Source: Armatimonadota bacterium (lineage in GTDB: Bacteria; Armatimonadota; Zipacnadia; Zipacnadales; UBA5352). Taken from it: a stretch of DNA of 28,269 nucleotides. Shown here piece by piece: positions 1-8,072 of the stretch (position 1 is the first letter of the stretch; each line of letters opens with the position of its first letter). A model generated the notes under the pieces. That model had not been told where the DNA came from. It ran no database searches and saw nothing but the letters and a program-made list of their open reading frames with translations. The stretch spans positions 1-28,269 of the forward strand of contig JAYENL010000217.1 of assembly GCA_034722055.1 (NCBI GenBank). Direction: 5' to 3'. The position numbers and the translations under genes are program-made.

Positions 1-268
1 CGGAGGTGAGTTCGGCCTGGACATCACCCGTGTCACACATAAAGTAGTCCCCAGGGCGGGCAACCCATGGCACGTTGTCGGCGCCCTCGAAGTCGTAGAA
101 GATAGAGATGGTAGCCAAGCCATCCTCCAACAGGAGGAAGCACCGAGACGTCAGAGGATCGACGACCGCGCTAATGCCTCCTGCATCGGTGAGGCGCGAT
201 AGGGGGAACGCGTCACCGTACTCGCGCTGCACGCGCACGCACAGGTCTTCGAACTCGCCCATGGTCAT
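1..268 (-). CDS. Hypothetical protein, 5' part only (runs off the left edge)
   Basis: ATG at 268 preceded by GAGGTGG RBS, 18 nt after the stop of the PLD gene. Open to the window edge: MTMGEFEDLCVRVQREYGDAFPLSRLTDAGG... Not in the supplied ORF track because it is truncated. Confidence 0.6.
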   Translation of the reverse strand, partial: MTMGEFEDLCVRVQREYGDAFPLSRLTDAGGISAVVDPLTSRCFLLLEDGLATISIFYDFEGADNVPWVARPGDYFMCDTGDVQAELTS

Positions 269-286
269 GGCTATCCCACCTCTGTC

Positions 287-1138
287 TCAGTCCTGCTTGC
301 GCCAGCGTCCCCGAACAATGTGTTCCAGTATCCCCATGTCCCGAAGCACCTGCAACTGCTGGCGGACCTTGGCTCGCACATTGTCGTTCTCCGGGTAAAG
401 GCGACTGAACTCTGCCTCGTATGCGTAGACGTCCTGGTTGGTGAACTCGCCCTCGGGGAGAACGTCGTAGACAGCCCGTAGCCACCCAACCAGGTCCTGC
501 TCCGACGCAGTAGCGGGGCCGAGGGACGAGAGCTTCGCCTGGAGTCTGCGCCTCAGCTCACGCGCGTCCGCATCCCCTACGGCGGCCCTGCGGTGTTGCG
601 CCTGGCGCTCAAAGAGCTCGGCGTAGACGGCAAGCAGGTCGTCATCGGCCTCCACCGTTCGAGCTTTCAGCTTCAGCCGCAGGTAGGCGGAGAATGTATC
701 TGAGACGATCTCCTCGCGCGACTCCGCGTCGATGACCACGTTGATCTCAGCGTTCGAGCTCAGGCCACCTCGCGTAAGGTTGGACGAACCTACGACAATC
801 GTTGCAGCGTCCTGTCTGCTCGTCCAATAGACCTTGGGATGATACGAAGACCCGAGGGCCGCGGGAGGATGGCAGTACAGGTGAGCGTTCTCACTTCCGC
901 CCGTCAGACAGAAGAGAAGCCTGATGGCGTCGGGCTCCGTCACCTCACCATCTAGGCCAATGAGCAGTTCGACGTGGGCACCACAATCCAGTGCCTCTGC
1001 GAGTGCGCCCTCCAGGAGTCTGACGCCGTTGGCTGACGCAAAGGCAACAGCGAGGCGGACGTCTTCAGCCTGGCTGATCGCGCTCTCGAGTACCGGAGCG
1101 AGTTCGCCCAACTGATTATCGACGATGCGTGCATCCAC
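287..1138 (-). CDS. Phospholipase D (HKD)-family nuclease fused to a C-terminal DpnI-like (Dam-replacing) winged-helix domain; candidate modification-dependent restriction endonuclease
   Basis: PLD-nuclease motifs AVAF...G, YHPKVY...VGSSNLTRGGLSSNAEIN. C-terminus GEFTNQDVYAYEAEFSRLYPENDNVRAKVRQQLQVLRDMGILEHIVRGRWRK matches the DpnI wH pattern. GTG start at 1138 with GAGGGGAG RBS (283 aa). Confidence 0.85.
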   Translation of the reverse strand: MDARIVDNQLGELAPVLESAISQAEDVRLAVAFASANGVRLLEGALAEALDCGAHVELLIGLDGEVTEPDAIRLLFCLTGGSENAHLYCHPPAALGSSYHPKVYWTSRQDAATIVVGSSNLTRGGLSSNAEINVVIDAESREEIVSDTFSAYLRLKLKARTVEADDDLLAVYAELFERQAQHRRAAVGDADARELRRRLQAKLSSLGPATASEQDLVGWLRAVYDVLPEGEFTNQDVYAYEAEFSRLYPENDNVRAKVRQQLQVLRDMGILEHIVRGRWRKQD

Positions 1139-1248
1139 TATTGTGCTCCCCTCGCGTGTCAGGCTATTGCTAACTTGTGCATGCACATATGATCAGCAGG
1201 AGGACGCTCGGTGGCTCGCTTGTGACGAAAACGCGCGGGGCCTTGTGG

Positions 1249-1425
1249 CTCACCTTTACCCACAAGTTGCGGAGGGCTGTTGGCCGCGGAGGGGCCGCCT
1301 GAGGGCGCTCCTCAGGAGCGCGCGAAGTCGGCCCGCTGCAGGCGAAGACGCAATCGGCGGCCTGGACCGCCCCTCCGGACGGCAGACAGCGAATCGCCAG
1401 TCGCCATGATGTGGGCAAAGGTAAG
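1249..1425. mobile_element. 177-bp MITE with IS50/Tn5-like (IS4 family) terminal inverted repeats and a 9-bp target-site duplication
   Basis: Left end CTCACCTTTACCCACAAGT (1249-1267). Right end reverse complement CTTACCTTTGCCCACATCA (1407-1425), 14/16 identical over the outer 16 bp. Perfect flanking direct repeat GCCTTGTGG at 1240-1248 and 1426-1434. No transposase inside. Confidence 0.8.
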
Positions 1426-1642
1426 GCCTTGTGGAGGGGCCGCCGGGCGCATAGCGCCCGGTGAGCCCTGTGAGCCCAGCGAACAGGCCGAGGGTTCCAC
1501 CCCGGCCCACACCCTTGCGCCCGGAGGTAGATGCTTAAGGCGTGGGCCCATGTGGGACCTGACCAGACGCACCGCGGTGACGTCCCAAACACGCGGACTT
1601 CTGCTACTGAACGCTCGGCCGCCCGAACGCCCGCCACTGTCC

Positions 1643-1834
1643 TCACTCGGAGTTGTGGGCCCTCAACCACCCGTCAGGCAGCGACTCGGCAACGTACTCG
1701 CGAATCACCTCCGCGCGAGAACGGCCCGCCTCCTGGGCCACGCGGTCGAGAGCCGCGACCATCTCGGCAGACATCAGCACCGTCACCGGCTCGGTCAGCG
1801 ATTGGTGCACACGTGCCGCCGTCAGCATATCCAA
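1643..1834 (-). CDS. Ribbon-helix-helix (CopG-like) DNA-binding protein
   Basis: TEPVTVLMSAEMVAALDRVAQEAGRSRAEVIREYVAESL is a typical RHH beta-strand/helix/G-x-S-R-A-E-V-I-R pattern. GGAGGTG RBS 6 nt before TTG at 1834 (alternative starts 1828 or 1843). Confidence 0.75.
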   Translation of the reverse strand: MDMLTAARVHQSLTEPVTVLMSAEMVAALDRVAQEAGRSRAEVIREYVAESLPDGWLRAHNSE

Positions 1835-2020
1835 GGCAATCACCTCCAGTTGTGGCCTACAGCCGCTTCCTCAATGCAGATACCGAAGCGAGCTTCGGCC
1901 ATCTGTTCGACGGCACCTCCCTCGATCCCTTCACACCTTTCCAGCAGGCAAACCGCACCTCCTCGGCGAAGAGAGCGGTCGAAGTAGGCGCGGCCAGTAT
2001 GCAGCAGCGAGGTGACCCCA

Positions 2021-3877
2021 ATGCGCAACGAGGAGATCGGGACTGACAACGGCACAGCCGTCATCGAGCCACCGGAGCCGGTGGAGGCCAACGCACCGGG
2101 CTGGTGGCGGATCACATACACCGCCGGGCCGGCCGGCATCGCCGTCGGCGGCAGCGTCCGCTTCGAGATCCCCTACGGCTTCACCGCCCCGCAGATCCAC
2201 TGGCCCGGCGACGAGGGCTACTGCTCCGCCACCTGCTCCCGCGAGGGCGCCCGCGTCGAGCTGAGCGTCGAGGACCCGCCCGTGGAGCTGGATCCCCCGC
2301 GCTTCTTCTACGTGACCCGCTGGGGGCGGATGGTCTACGCCCAGGTGCTCGACGAGCCGCTGCAGGAGGGCGACGCGATCACGCTCACCTACGGTCGCCG
2401 CCGGGGCTTCGTGCCCGGGGCCTGGGTGCAGCATTTCGCCGGCGAGGTGCAGTTTACTGTGGCGACCGACGTTGATGCCACCCGTTCGGCGAAGTTCTCC
2501 GGCTACACGCTGGTCCAGGACCAGCCCACGCTGGAGGTGATGGCCGGCGATCCCGACCACTTCGAGGTCTATGCGCCGACCTTCGCGGTGGAGGGTGAGC
2601 CCGTCGAGCTTGTGGTCCTCGAACGCGATGACGAGGAGAATACCTGCGAGCCGTTCGAGGGGCTGCTGGCGATCACCTCCAACGATCCCGCGGCGGAGGC
2701 GGATCTGGTGGACATCCGCGGCCAGCAGCGCAGTATCCAGGTCACCTTCGGCTCCCCGGGTGAGAAGCTCGTCCGGGTCACCGATCTCGACAGCGGTATC
2801 ACCGGCGCCTCAAACCCCACCATCTGCACCGAGGAGCGCGGCGAACTGGACCTGTTCTGGGGCGACATTCACGGGCACACCCGCCTCTCCGACGGCCTCA
2901 AGACCCCCGAGGAGTACTACCAGTTCGCCCGCGAGGAGGCGGCTGTGGACGTGGCCGCCATCGCCGACCACTCCCAGTACATGTCCGACGATGACTGGGA
3001 GTGGATCATGGAGGCCACGGACGACTTCAACCGTCCGGGGGAGATGGTCACGCTCCTGGCCTACGAGTACTCCCTCAACGCCCCCATGCAGCACTATGGC
3101 GACAAGTGCATCTACTACCCCGGCGATGAGGGACCGCTGCTGCGCGCCACCGACATCGATCGCAGCGAGTACGCCGAGATGGCCGAGCACGCGCCCGTGT
3201 GGAAGGACCACAACGCCATGATGATTCTCCACCAGCACGCTCACGGCTCGGGGAGCTTCTACGACCCGGACCTGGTGCGACTGTGCGAGGTCTACTCCAT
3301 CTGGGGCGCCTCCGAGAGCCTCCAGGCCACCCGACCGCTGATGCCCGCCCGCGACCGCGACTTCGACGGGCACCTGGGCGCCGATCTGCTGGCGAGGGGC
3401 TGGATCCTGGGCTTTCTGGCGGGCTCCGACGACCACGCCGGCCGGCCCGGGAAGACTGACTGGCTGCGCGTGCGGAGGGCCTATCCCGGCGGGCTGGCGG
3501 CCATCTGGGCGCCGGAGCTGACGCGCGAGGCCATCTGGGATGCCCTGTGGAATCGCCGCTGCTACGGCACCTCCGGGGCGCGCATCGCGCTGGAGTTCGA
3601 GGTCGATGGCGCGCCGATGGGCAGCATCCTCACCGGCGAGCACCCTCAGCCGTGCATCGACGTGGCGGTGACCGGCACCGAGGCGGTGGCGCTGGTGGAG
3701 GTGATGCGCGGCCGCGAGATCCTCTACGAGCATACGGGAGTGGGCGCGACGGTGCGCTTCACGATCGCGGATGAGCGGCCACCGGAGCAGGGGGCCTACT
3801 ACTACGTGCGCCTGACACAGGCCGATGGCGAGATGGCCTGGTCCAGCCCCATCTGGATCAACCCGGAGATCGGATAG
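2021..3877 (+). CDS. PHP-fold metallohydrolase (DUF3604 / CehA-McbA-like) with N-terminal beta-rich domain
   Basis: LFWGDIHGHTRLSDG, AIADH, YEYS, HQH, GSDDHAGRPG and LTREAIWDALWNRRCYGTSG motifs. C-terminal YYYVRLTQADGEMAWSSPIWI. GAGGTG RBS before ATG 2021. Strong GC3 bias. Confidence 0.85.
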   Translation: MRNEEIGTDNGTAVIEPPEPVEANAPGWWRITYTAGPAGIAVGGSVRFEIPYGFTAPQIHWPGDEGYCSATCSREGARVELSVEDPPVELDPPRFFYVTRWGRMVYAQVLDEPLQEGDAITLTYGRRRGFVPGAWVQHFAGEVQFTVATDVDATRSAKFSGYTLVQDQPTLEVMAGDPDHFEVYAPTFAVEGEPVELVVLERDDEENTCEPFEGLLAITSNDPAAEADLVDIRGQQRSIQVTFGSPGEKLVRVTDLDSGITGASNPTICTEERGELDLFWGDIHGHTRLSDGLKTPEEYYQFAREEAAVDVAAIADHSQYMSDDDWEWIMEATDDFNRPGEMVTLLAYEYSLNAPMQHYGDKCIYYPGDEGPLLRATDIDRSEYAEMAEHAPVWKDHNAMMILHQHAHGSGSFYDPDLVRLCEVYSIWGASESLQATRPLMPARDRDFDGHLGADLLARGWILGFLAGSDDHAGRPGKTDWLRVRRAYPGGLAAIWAPELTREAIWDALWNRRCYGTSGARIALEFEVDGAPMGSILTGEHPQPCIDVAVTGTEAVALVEVMRGREILYEHTGVGATVRFTIADERPPEQGAYYYVRLTQADGEMAWSSPIWINPEIG

Positions 3878-3889
3878 CGACGCGCCCGG

Positions 3890-3957
3890 TCGTCGTCCGC
3901 CGTAGCGGCAAAGCCGGACGGCGAGGACCACCGCGGCAGGGGTCTGCGCCTTGCCGC
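3890..3957. terminator. Two GC-rich hairpins between convergent genes (possible bidirectional terminator or REP-like element)
   Basis: TCGTCGTCCG(3890-3899)/CGGACGGCGA(3915-3924) and GCGGCAGGG(3933-3941)/CCTTGCCGC(3949-3957). No U-tract. Confidence 0.4.
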
Positions 3958-3981
3958 AAGACGGCGCTGCGCCCCTGGCGT

Positions 3982-5847
3982 CTACGAATGCTCGTCGAGC
4001 CAGGCCCCGATGATGCGCTCGTAGCGGTCGGGCTCCACGGCGCCGGAGTCGGCGTGCTGGCGAGCGAAGCCTAGCAGGTCGCGGGCAGCGTCGGTGGCGC
4101 GGCGCATGAGGGGGCTGCGACGAGGCTCTGGGGCCTGTCTCGCCTCCAGCAGCAGCCGCTGCCACCGACCCAGGCGCATCAGCAGCTCCAGGCCCACCCA
4201 TGCCTGCTGGGCGGCCCGCCAGTGGCGCCGCTCGCCGGTGGCCGCCTGGGCGCGGGCGCGGCCGAAGGCCTCCAGGCCGGGGCGCAGCAGGTCCTCCGTG
4301 GCGCGGGCGGCGTAGGTCAGATCGTAGTGTCCCGTGCAGGGCCCGGCGACGCGCACGGAGTCCTCCAGGATGCGGAACCAGCCCTCCATGCTGTCGCCGG
4401 CCGGGCTGTAGACGTGCCGGTAGTAGGCGCTCAGCCACGCGTCCACGTCCATGTCCGGCTCCCACGAGAGGCGGCCGATGAGGTGGGCGTTGAGGCCGAA
4501 CGTGGCCCACTCCTGGGGCACGAACTCCATCACGTAGCCGTCACAGCCAGCCTCGATGAGCCACCGCCAGTTGGGCTGGAGCATATGCGTGATGCGGTAG
4601 GGGATCGACAGGGTGTGGATCTGCATCAGGTAGCAGAACAGATACAGGTCGTTTGATACCACCTCCCGCCAGCGCGCGAGCTCCCGCGCGTACTCGGCGT
4701 TGGGGCGATCGCAGTCCACGTCCGGGCGGAGGGGGTGCTTCAGACAGCGGCAGAAGGGCGCGTAGCAGACGGCCACGTTCTCGGCGGGCTCTGTGGCCTG
4801 GGGCGCCTCCACGTAGTTCACGTAGGCCAGGGCGCTGAGGCGCCGGTCGGGGTGCTGCTCGGCGACGCGCTCGGCGACGGCGTTGACGAACTGAAGATAG
4901 GTGTCGGTGCGCCGCGGGTGCTCGGGGCGGAAGCGCGAAGGGCGCTGCGGCTGAAGCGTCGCGCAGGCCTCGCACTGGCACCAGCCGTAGCCGTCATTGG
5001 GCCACAGCCCGACCATCTGGATGTGCTCGTGGGCCGCGAGGAACTGGCAGACGCGCTCGGCGACGGTGTCCACGACCTCCGGGTTGGAGGTGCAGAGCTG
5101 CCCGTGGGGGGAGCGCTCGGCGTCGAGGAGAGCGTACCACTCGGGATGGTCGGCGAAGTGCTCCTCGGGCGGCAGGAAATGGCGGAAGCTGTGGTGGCCC
5201 ATGGTGGCCTGCATGCCCCGGATGACGACCTCGGGCTCCAGCAGCTCCAGGTACCTGTCGATGGAGCCGGCGATGTTGGCGAAGACCATGAAACGGTTGA
5301 ACCGGTTCTTGGCCATCCAGTCGATGTGGTGAACGTAGCTCTCGTCGATGGGCATCAGGTTGGTGAACTCCCGGTGCGCCATGGCGGGCTCAGCGACGTG
5401 TTCGCCGAAGGGCAGTTCCACGGCGGGTCGGCGGGGGATAATCTCGCCGCCCTCCCAGACGTGCAGCCACGCGCAGCCCAGCTCCTCCAGGAGGGCGTAG
5501 ACGCCATGCAGCACGGCACCGGGGCTGTCGCCGGTGATCTCGATGCCGTCCTCATGCACCCGCCAGCCGTACGCGCCTCTGCCGAGCGCCTCCGTGAGGC
5601 CGTTAAGGAGGGGCAGGCTTCCCTGCCCGCCCGGCCGTTGCCGTTTGCCCTTCGCGGACCCACACCCCAGCCGGATCACCGGCTCATCCTCGGTCGGCCT
5701 GCCCTCGACCACCGGATACCGCCCGCCGGTGATGATGGCGAGGTAGCGGGAGAGCTCCCGGGCGGCAAAGGCGACGGCCGGCGGCGGGTCCACGGCTGTC
5801 ACCACGGTGGCCGCCGGCCGGTTGTCTGCGGAGAGTCTCAGCTTCAT
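3982..5847 (-). CDS. DUF4838-type putative glycoside hydrolase with an N-terminal GH20/GH67-like domain
   Basis: N-terminal AVAFAARELSRYLAIITG and ITGDSPGAVLHGVYALLEELGC. Core HSF...F..HPEWYAL, LCTSNPEVV, PNDGYGWCQCEAC, LAYVNY motifs. 621 aa, strong codon bias. Confidence 0.8.
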   Translation of the reverse strand: MKLRLSADNRPAATVVTAVDPPPAVAFAARELSRYLAIITGGRYPVVEGRPTEDEPVIRLGCGSAKGKRQRPGGQGSLPLLNGLTEALGRGAYGWRVHEDGIEITGDSPGAVLHGVYALLEELGCAWLHVWEGGEIIPRRPAVELPFGEHVAEPAMAHREFTNLMPIDESYVHHIDWMAKNRFNRFMVFANIAGSIDRYLELLEPEVVIRGMQATMGHHSFRHFLPPEEHFADHPEWYALLDAERSPHGQLCTSNPEVVDTVAERVCQFLAAHEHIQMVGLWPNDGYGWCQCEACATLQPQRPSRFRPEHPRRTDTYLQFVNAVAERVAEQHPDRRLSALAYVNYVEAPQATEPAENVAVCYAPFCRCLKHPLRPDVDCDRPNAEYARELARWREVVSNDLYLFCYLMQIHTLSIPYRITHMLQPNWRWLIEAGCDGYVMEFVPQEWATFGLNAHLIGRLSWEPDMDVDAWLSAYYRHVYSPAGDSMEGWFRILEDSVRVAGPCTGHYDLTYAARATEDLLRPGLEAFGRARAQAATGERRHWRAAQQAWVGLELLMRLGRWQRLLLEARQAPEPRRSPLMRRATDAARDLLGFARQHADSGAVEPDRYERIIGAWLDEHS

Positions 5848-5870
5848 GTCCGCGCTCGGCTTGCCTCCGT

Positions 5871-6485
5871 CTACTGCTCAGGCTGCGAGGGCGTGACGGG
5901 ACCCTCGGGCGCTTCAGGGCCCTCAGCCGGCTCCGCGCCGGCGAGGCCGAAGTTATCGCGGTAGGCCAGGGCCACGGCCACGACCGCCAGCGGGTAGGTG
6001 ACAAGCCAGCCGACGGCCACCAGGCCGCCAGCGGCATTGATCAGCCCGAGGATCAGCGCGAAGACGATCCAGCCGCCGTAGTTCTCCATCACCTTGGAGA
6101 TGCTGGTCTGGATGGCCTCCCAGAAGTCCATCTGCCGGTGCGCGACCAGTGGGAAGGCGAACATGACCAGCGGTGCGGTGAGGATCGCGCCGAGGCCGCA
6201 GAGGACGCCACCGATGCCGCCGATGATGCCGCCCACGATGCCGACGAGGAACGTCTGCACGAAGTTCTCGAACCCCTTACCAATGTCACCGATCTGGGGC
6301 TCGTAGGTTGGGTCCTCCATCTGGCGGATCACGACTCACACGTAGCCGCAGATCAGGGGCCCGGCCAGCAGGCCTAGAGTGACGCTGCTGCCGACCACGA
6401 CGATGATGGTCAGCACCACATGCACCACCGGGTTCTCTGCGAACATCGACCATGCTTCAGACAGCCAGTCGCTCGTTTTGATCAT
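5871..6485 (-). pseudogene. Integral membrane protein (204 codons) interrupted by an in-frame TGA at 6336-6338
   Basis: GGAGG RBS then ATG 6485: MIKTSDWLSEAWSMFAENPVVHVVLTIIVVVGSSVTLGLLAGPLICGYV*VVIRQMEDP..., in frame with the 5871..6332 ORF. Hydrophobic helices and MDFWEAIQTS motif typical of small membrane proteins. Confidence 0.75.
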
Positions 6486-6679
6486 CTCATTCCTCCACAT
6501 CGCGACTTAGCGAACGAGTGTGATCCCCACCACGAGATTCCCTCTCCGCATTCGTCGCCACACGACAGTCCTCCTGCTCGACGCAGGAAAAGCGGGCGCC
6601 GTGAGCGAAGTCGGGCACGGAGCATCGCAGGGCCGCATCGCCGCAGGCTGACACCACACGCGCAGAGAGTTGCCGACCT

Positions 6680-7432
6680 ATGGACGCAGCACACTCGGAG
6701 ATAGACCTGTCGATCGTCATCCCCGCTTACAACGAGGAGGACCGCCTGGGGCCGACGCTGCGCCGGGTCATCGAGTGGCTGAACGCCCAGCCCTGGGATA
6801 CTGAGCTCGTGGTGGTGGATGACGGCAGCGAGGACCGTACCGCCGAGCTGGCCCGGCAGGAGCTGGCAGAGGCGCCCATGCCCACCAGCGTGCTGGTCAA
6901 CGAGGGGAATCGCGGCAAGGGCTACTCCGTGCGCCGTGGCATGATGCACTCGGCGGGGGGGTTGGCGCTGTTCTCGGACGCGGACCTGTCCACGCCCATC
7001 GAGCACGCCGCCGACCTCCGGGAGGCCATCGAGGAGGGCGCGGATATCGCGATTGCCTCGCGCGCCCTGGCGGACTCGGAGCTGGCGGTGCGCCAGCCGC
7101 TGCCGCGCGAGTACGCCGGGCGGATGTTCTCGGTGGTGCAGCGTGCCATCCTGAAGACGGGGATTCGCGACACCCAGTGCGGCTTCAAGATGTTCACGCG
7201 CGAGGCCGTGGAGGCGGTCTTTCCGCACCAGACCCTGGACCGGTGGGCCTTCGACGCCGAGCTGATCTTCATCGCCCAGCAGTTGGGGCTGAGGGTGGTG
7301 GAGGTGCCGGTGCGGTGGCTGGACTCGCCGGCGACGAAGGTGAACGCGCTCCGCGACGGCCTGCAGATGGTCGCCGACCTGGTCTACATCCGGCGCACGC
7401 ACTCCGGCCTGCGACCCACCGACGAGCCGTGA
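6680..7432 (+). CDS. GT2 glycosyltransferase, dolichyl/polyprenyl-phosphate glycosyltransferase-like
   Basis: LSIVIPAYNEE, VVVDDGSEDRT, NRGKGYSVRRG, FSDADLS (DxD), DTQCGFKMF, WAFDAELIFIA motifs. Confidence 0.9.
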   Translation: MDAAHSEIDLSIVIPAYNEEDRLGPTLRRVIEWLNAQPWDTELVVVDDGSEDRTAELARQELAEAPMPTSVLVNEGNRGKGYSVRRGMMHSAGGLALFSDADLSTPIEHAADLREAIEEGADIAIASRALADSELAVRQPLPREYAGRMFSVVQRAILKTGIRDTQCGFKMFTREAVEAVFPHQTLDRWAFDAELIFIAQQLGLRVVEVPVRWLDSPATKVNALRDGLQMVADLVYIRRTHSGLRPTDEP

Positions 7433-7657
7433 CCAACGGTATGCCGGACAGCGGTCCGGACCCTCGATACGGCAAGCCGAACAGCAATCGCCCCGTGCGG
7501 CTGTCTTCCCCGGTCACCCAACAATGTACCTGACCGCCTGGAACGACCGGGCTGGGATCGCCCTCAGGCCCGCTGGTGATCTCGATCATGCTCCGGCAGC
7601 AGATGCTGCACGGACAAAGAGGCGGTCATCCTGGATGTCTGACAGGGGCCTGCTCTG

Positions 7658-7835
7658 ATGCACTTCCTTGACACGGCCACGGTGTTGCTGAGGAACGGTG
7701 AACCTGGCAATCATTCAGAGACTGGTGGGGCACAGCAGCTTGGGCACGACGGCACTGTATCTGACCGTGGAGATGGATGCGCTGAGCATCGACGTCACCT
7801 ACCGACCACTGCACGCGGGACTGAGCCCACCGTAA
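7658..7835 (+). pseudogene. Tyrosine recombinase (integrase) C-terminal remnant, frameshifted
   Basis: MHFLDTATVLLRNG (frame from 7658), then +1 frame from 7701 NLAIIQRLVGHSSLGTTALYL. This is the box II H-x-L-R-H...LLxxG.xLxxIQxLLGHxxxxTTxxY pattern with the RH degenerate. Confidence 0.75.
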
Positions 7836-8072
7836 TGGACGGGTACTGCAAGCACGAACCTCCAGTGCCGCTCAGCGCAACGAAACGCCACTGCGGACCC
7901 AAGCGTTCTCTCCTAAGAAAGGAATCCCAGGTGCCGTCGCGAATGCTTGGGTAAGCGATTGTCCACAGCGCCCGCGTCGGAGCGTGAAGGTGCTCAGCCG
8001 GTGCCGATTCGGGCGACACCGTTCGCGCAGTGGCGGAGCAGTGCTCGACCGGAGGTACGTTCGAGGAAGCGC

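Noticed and set aside
1922..1946. TCGATCCCTTCACACCTTTCCAGCA loosely like a tRNA-Sec 3' end (possible att site)
   Set aside because: No T-arm pairing or cloverleaf, several mismatches, and no partner repeat in the window.
6306..6338. Selenocysteine or genetic-code reassignment explanation for the in-frame TGA
   Set aside because: No convincing SECIS stem downstream, the position is in a transmembrane segment with no redox motif, and TGA terminates several intact genes in this window.
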